Assembly (NCBI RefSeq): GCF_044704955.1
Contig: NC_091992.1
Location: 63,674,001-63,738,000, forward strand
Length of the DNA: 64,000 nucleotides
Direction of reading: 5' to 3'
Origin: Pristiophorus japonicus
Lineage: Eukaryota
Below, in pieces: positions 62,085-64,000 of this stretch (position 1 is the stretch's first letter; every line of letters begins with the position of its first letter). The position numbers and the translations under genes were made by a program. Under the pieces are notes generated by a model. The model was not told the DNA's origin. It searched no databases and saw only the letters and a list, made by a program, of their open reading frames with translations.

Positions 62085-63090
62085 TCATCATCATCATAGG
62101 CAGTCCCTCGGAATCGAGAAAGACTTCCACTCCTGAAATGAGTTCTTTGGTGGCTGAACAGTCCAATGCGAGAGCCACAGTCCCTGTCACAGGTGGAACA
62201 GATTGTCATTGAGGGAAGGGGTGGGTGGGACAGGTTTGCCGCACGCTCTTTACGCTGCCTGCGCTTGTTTTCTGCATGCTCTCGGCATTGCGACTCGAGG
62301 TGCTCAGTGCCCTCCCGGATGCACTTCCTCCAGTTAGGGCGGTCTTTGGCCAGGGACACCCAGATGTTAGTGGGAATGTCGCACTTTATCAGGGAGGCTT
62401 TGAGGGTGCCCTTGTAACGTTTCCGCCGCCCACCTTTGGCTCAATGCCATGAAGGAGCTCCGAGTAGAGCACTTGCTTTGGGAGTCTCGTGTCCGGCATG
62501 CAAACTAAATGACCTGCCCAGCAGAGCTGATCGAGTGTGGTCAGTGCTTCAATGCTGGGGATGTTGGCCTGGTTGAGGACACTAATGTTGGTGCATCTGT
62601 CCTCCCAGGAGATTTGTTGGATCTTGCGGAGACATCGTTGGTGATATTTTTCCAGTGACTTGAGGTGTCTACTGTACATGGTCCATGTCTCTGAGCCATA
62701 CAGGAGGGCGGATATTACTACAGCCCTGTAGACCATGAGCCTAGTGGCAGTTTTGAGGACCTGGTTTTCAAACACTTTTTTCCCCCAGGAGCTGAAGGCT
62801 GCACTAGCGCACTGGAGGCGGTGTTGGATCTCGTCGTCAATACCTGCTCTTGTTGATAGGAGGCTCTCGAGTTAGGGGAACTGGTCCACGGTGTCCAGGG
62901 CCGCGCATGGATCTTGATGACGGGGGCAGTGCTGTGCGGCGAGGATAGGCTGGTGGAGCACCTTTGTCTTACGGATGTTTAGCGTAAGGCCCATGCTTTT
63001 GAATGCCTCAGTAAATATGTCGACTATGCCCTGGAGTTCAGTCTCTTTTTGTCCGCAGACATAGGCGTTGTCCGCGTACTGTAGCTCGAT
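62085..63090 (-). mobile_element. RTE-clade LINE RT/3' fragment
   Basis: ELQYADNA, VYRAVVISALLYGSETW, CSTCDRDCGSRIGLFSHQRTH, (GAT)n tail. Confidence 0.92.
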
Positions 63091-63237
63091 GACAGAATGT
63101 TGGCAATGAGCCACTGAAATGCAAAGTGTTTTGTTGCTCAACAATACCATCTTTGCTATAGATGAGAAACAATGCATTAAAAGATCATATAGATGAAGTC
63201 GATATTTATTTGTTCTCTAACCATTCTCTCGCCATAG

Positions 63238-63324
63238 GTTTTATGATTTAAAGCAACCACAGACGCCAGTAAAGATGTTCTCCCTTACTCAGTGTGAAGA
63301 GGAAAATATTGTACCTGCTACACG
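63238..63324 (+). CDS. NUP88: NUP88 exon 4; gene continues beyond the window
   Basis: (R)FYDLKQPQTPVKMFSLTQCEEENIVPAT; catag acceptor, gtaaa donor; phase 2-2. Confidence 0.9.
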
Positions 63325-63589
63325 GTAAAATATATTCACTCCTTTGATAGTTAAACGGAAATGATTTTGACTGACTTAATTTTCTCTTAGATAGAGAAAT
63401 TGTAAACTAAAATGAGAACAAATTAGCGTCTGGTCAATTGGTCAACTCCAACTGTTGCCCTCTCCCCTGCCAGGACTCAAACTACTGACTAATCGGCTTA
63501 TGACTGATCTTTGAAAGTCACCTCCCAACTGTCTCTGCTGAAAATACCAACTAACAAATGGTGTAAGCCACCTGTTTTTATAATGTAAG

Positions 63590-63910
63590 AAATAAATAAT
63601 ATTTCTAGAGCCCCTTTCCCATCCTCAGGATGTCTCAAAGCACTTTACAGCCCATGAAATACTTCTGAAGTGCAGTCACTGTTATAGTGTAGGCAAATGC
63701 AGCAGTCAATTGTGCACAGCAAGGCCCATTCATGAGATGAATGACTGGTTAATTTGCTTGAGGGATATATATTGGCTGCGACACTGGGATAACTCCCCTG
63801 CTCTTCTTTGAATAGTTGTCATTGGATCTTTTACATCCACTTGAGAGTAGCCGGGGCCTCGGTTTAATGTCTCATCTAAAAGACAACACTTCTGACAGTG
63901 CAGCACTCCT
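63590..63910 (-). mobile_element. DeuSINE
   Basis: reverse complement of the Deu core (ctcttctttgaatag...ggatcttttacatccac...ctcggtttaatgtctcatc). Confidence 0.75.
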
Positions 63911-64000
63911 GTGTTTAAATTCTGCAGCAGGGCTGGAACCAATAATTCCTCTAAGCTGTCTGCCAGTCCCATGCTAAATTATTAAATTTCATACAGTATG

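Overview
Eukaryotic vertebrate genomic DNA, very probably from a cartilaginous fish (shark-type CR1, DeuSINE, L2, RTE and Penelope repeats). It carries the conserved C1QBP-RPAIN-NUP88 neighbourhood. C1QBP exons 1-3 lie on the minus strand and the gene runs off the window start. RPAIN is complete (7 coding exons, minus strand, about 225 aa). NUP88 exons 1-4 lie on the plus strand, head-to-head with RPAIN across a 350-bp GC-rich promoter. Most remaining sequence is retroelement debris. The interval between C1QBP and RPAIN holds the unusual material. (1) A CR1 retrocopy in which about three quarters of the adenines read as G with an ADAR-like neighbour bias, apparently an A-to-I hyper-edited RNA written back into the genome. 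(2) An endogenous retrovirus remnant whose foamy/F-like env can be rebuilt from four pieces separated by CR1 insertions, followed by a PPT and LTR. (3) A pre-tRNA-Leu/Tx1 chimeric retrocopy with a 14-bp TSD, followed by a second Tx1 at the same site in a CR1. (4) A ~105-bp satellite with a ~1045-bp higher-order repeat. All calls were made by eye from the sequence and ORF track; repeat boundaries are approximate and no database searches were run.
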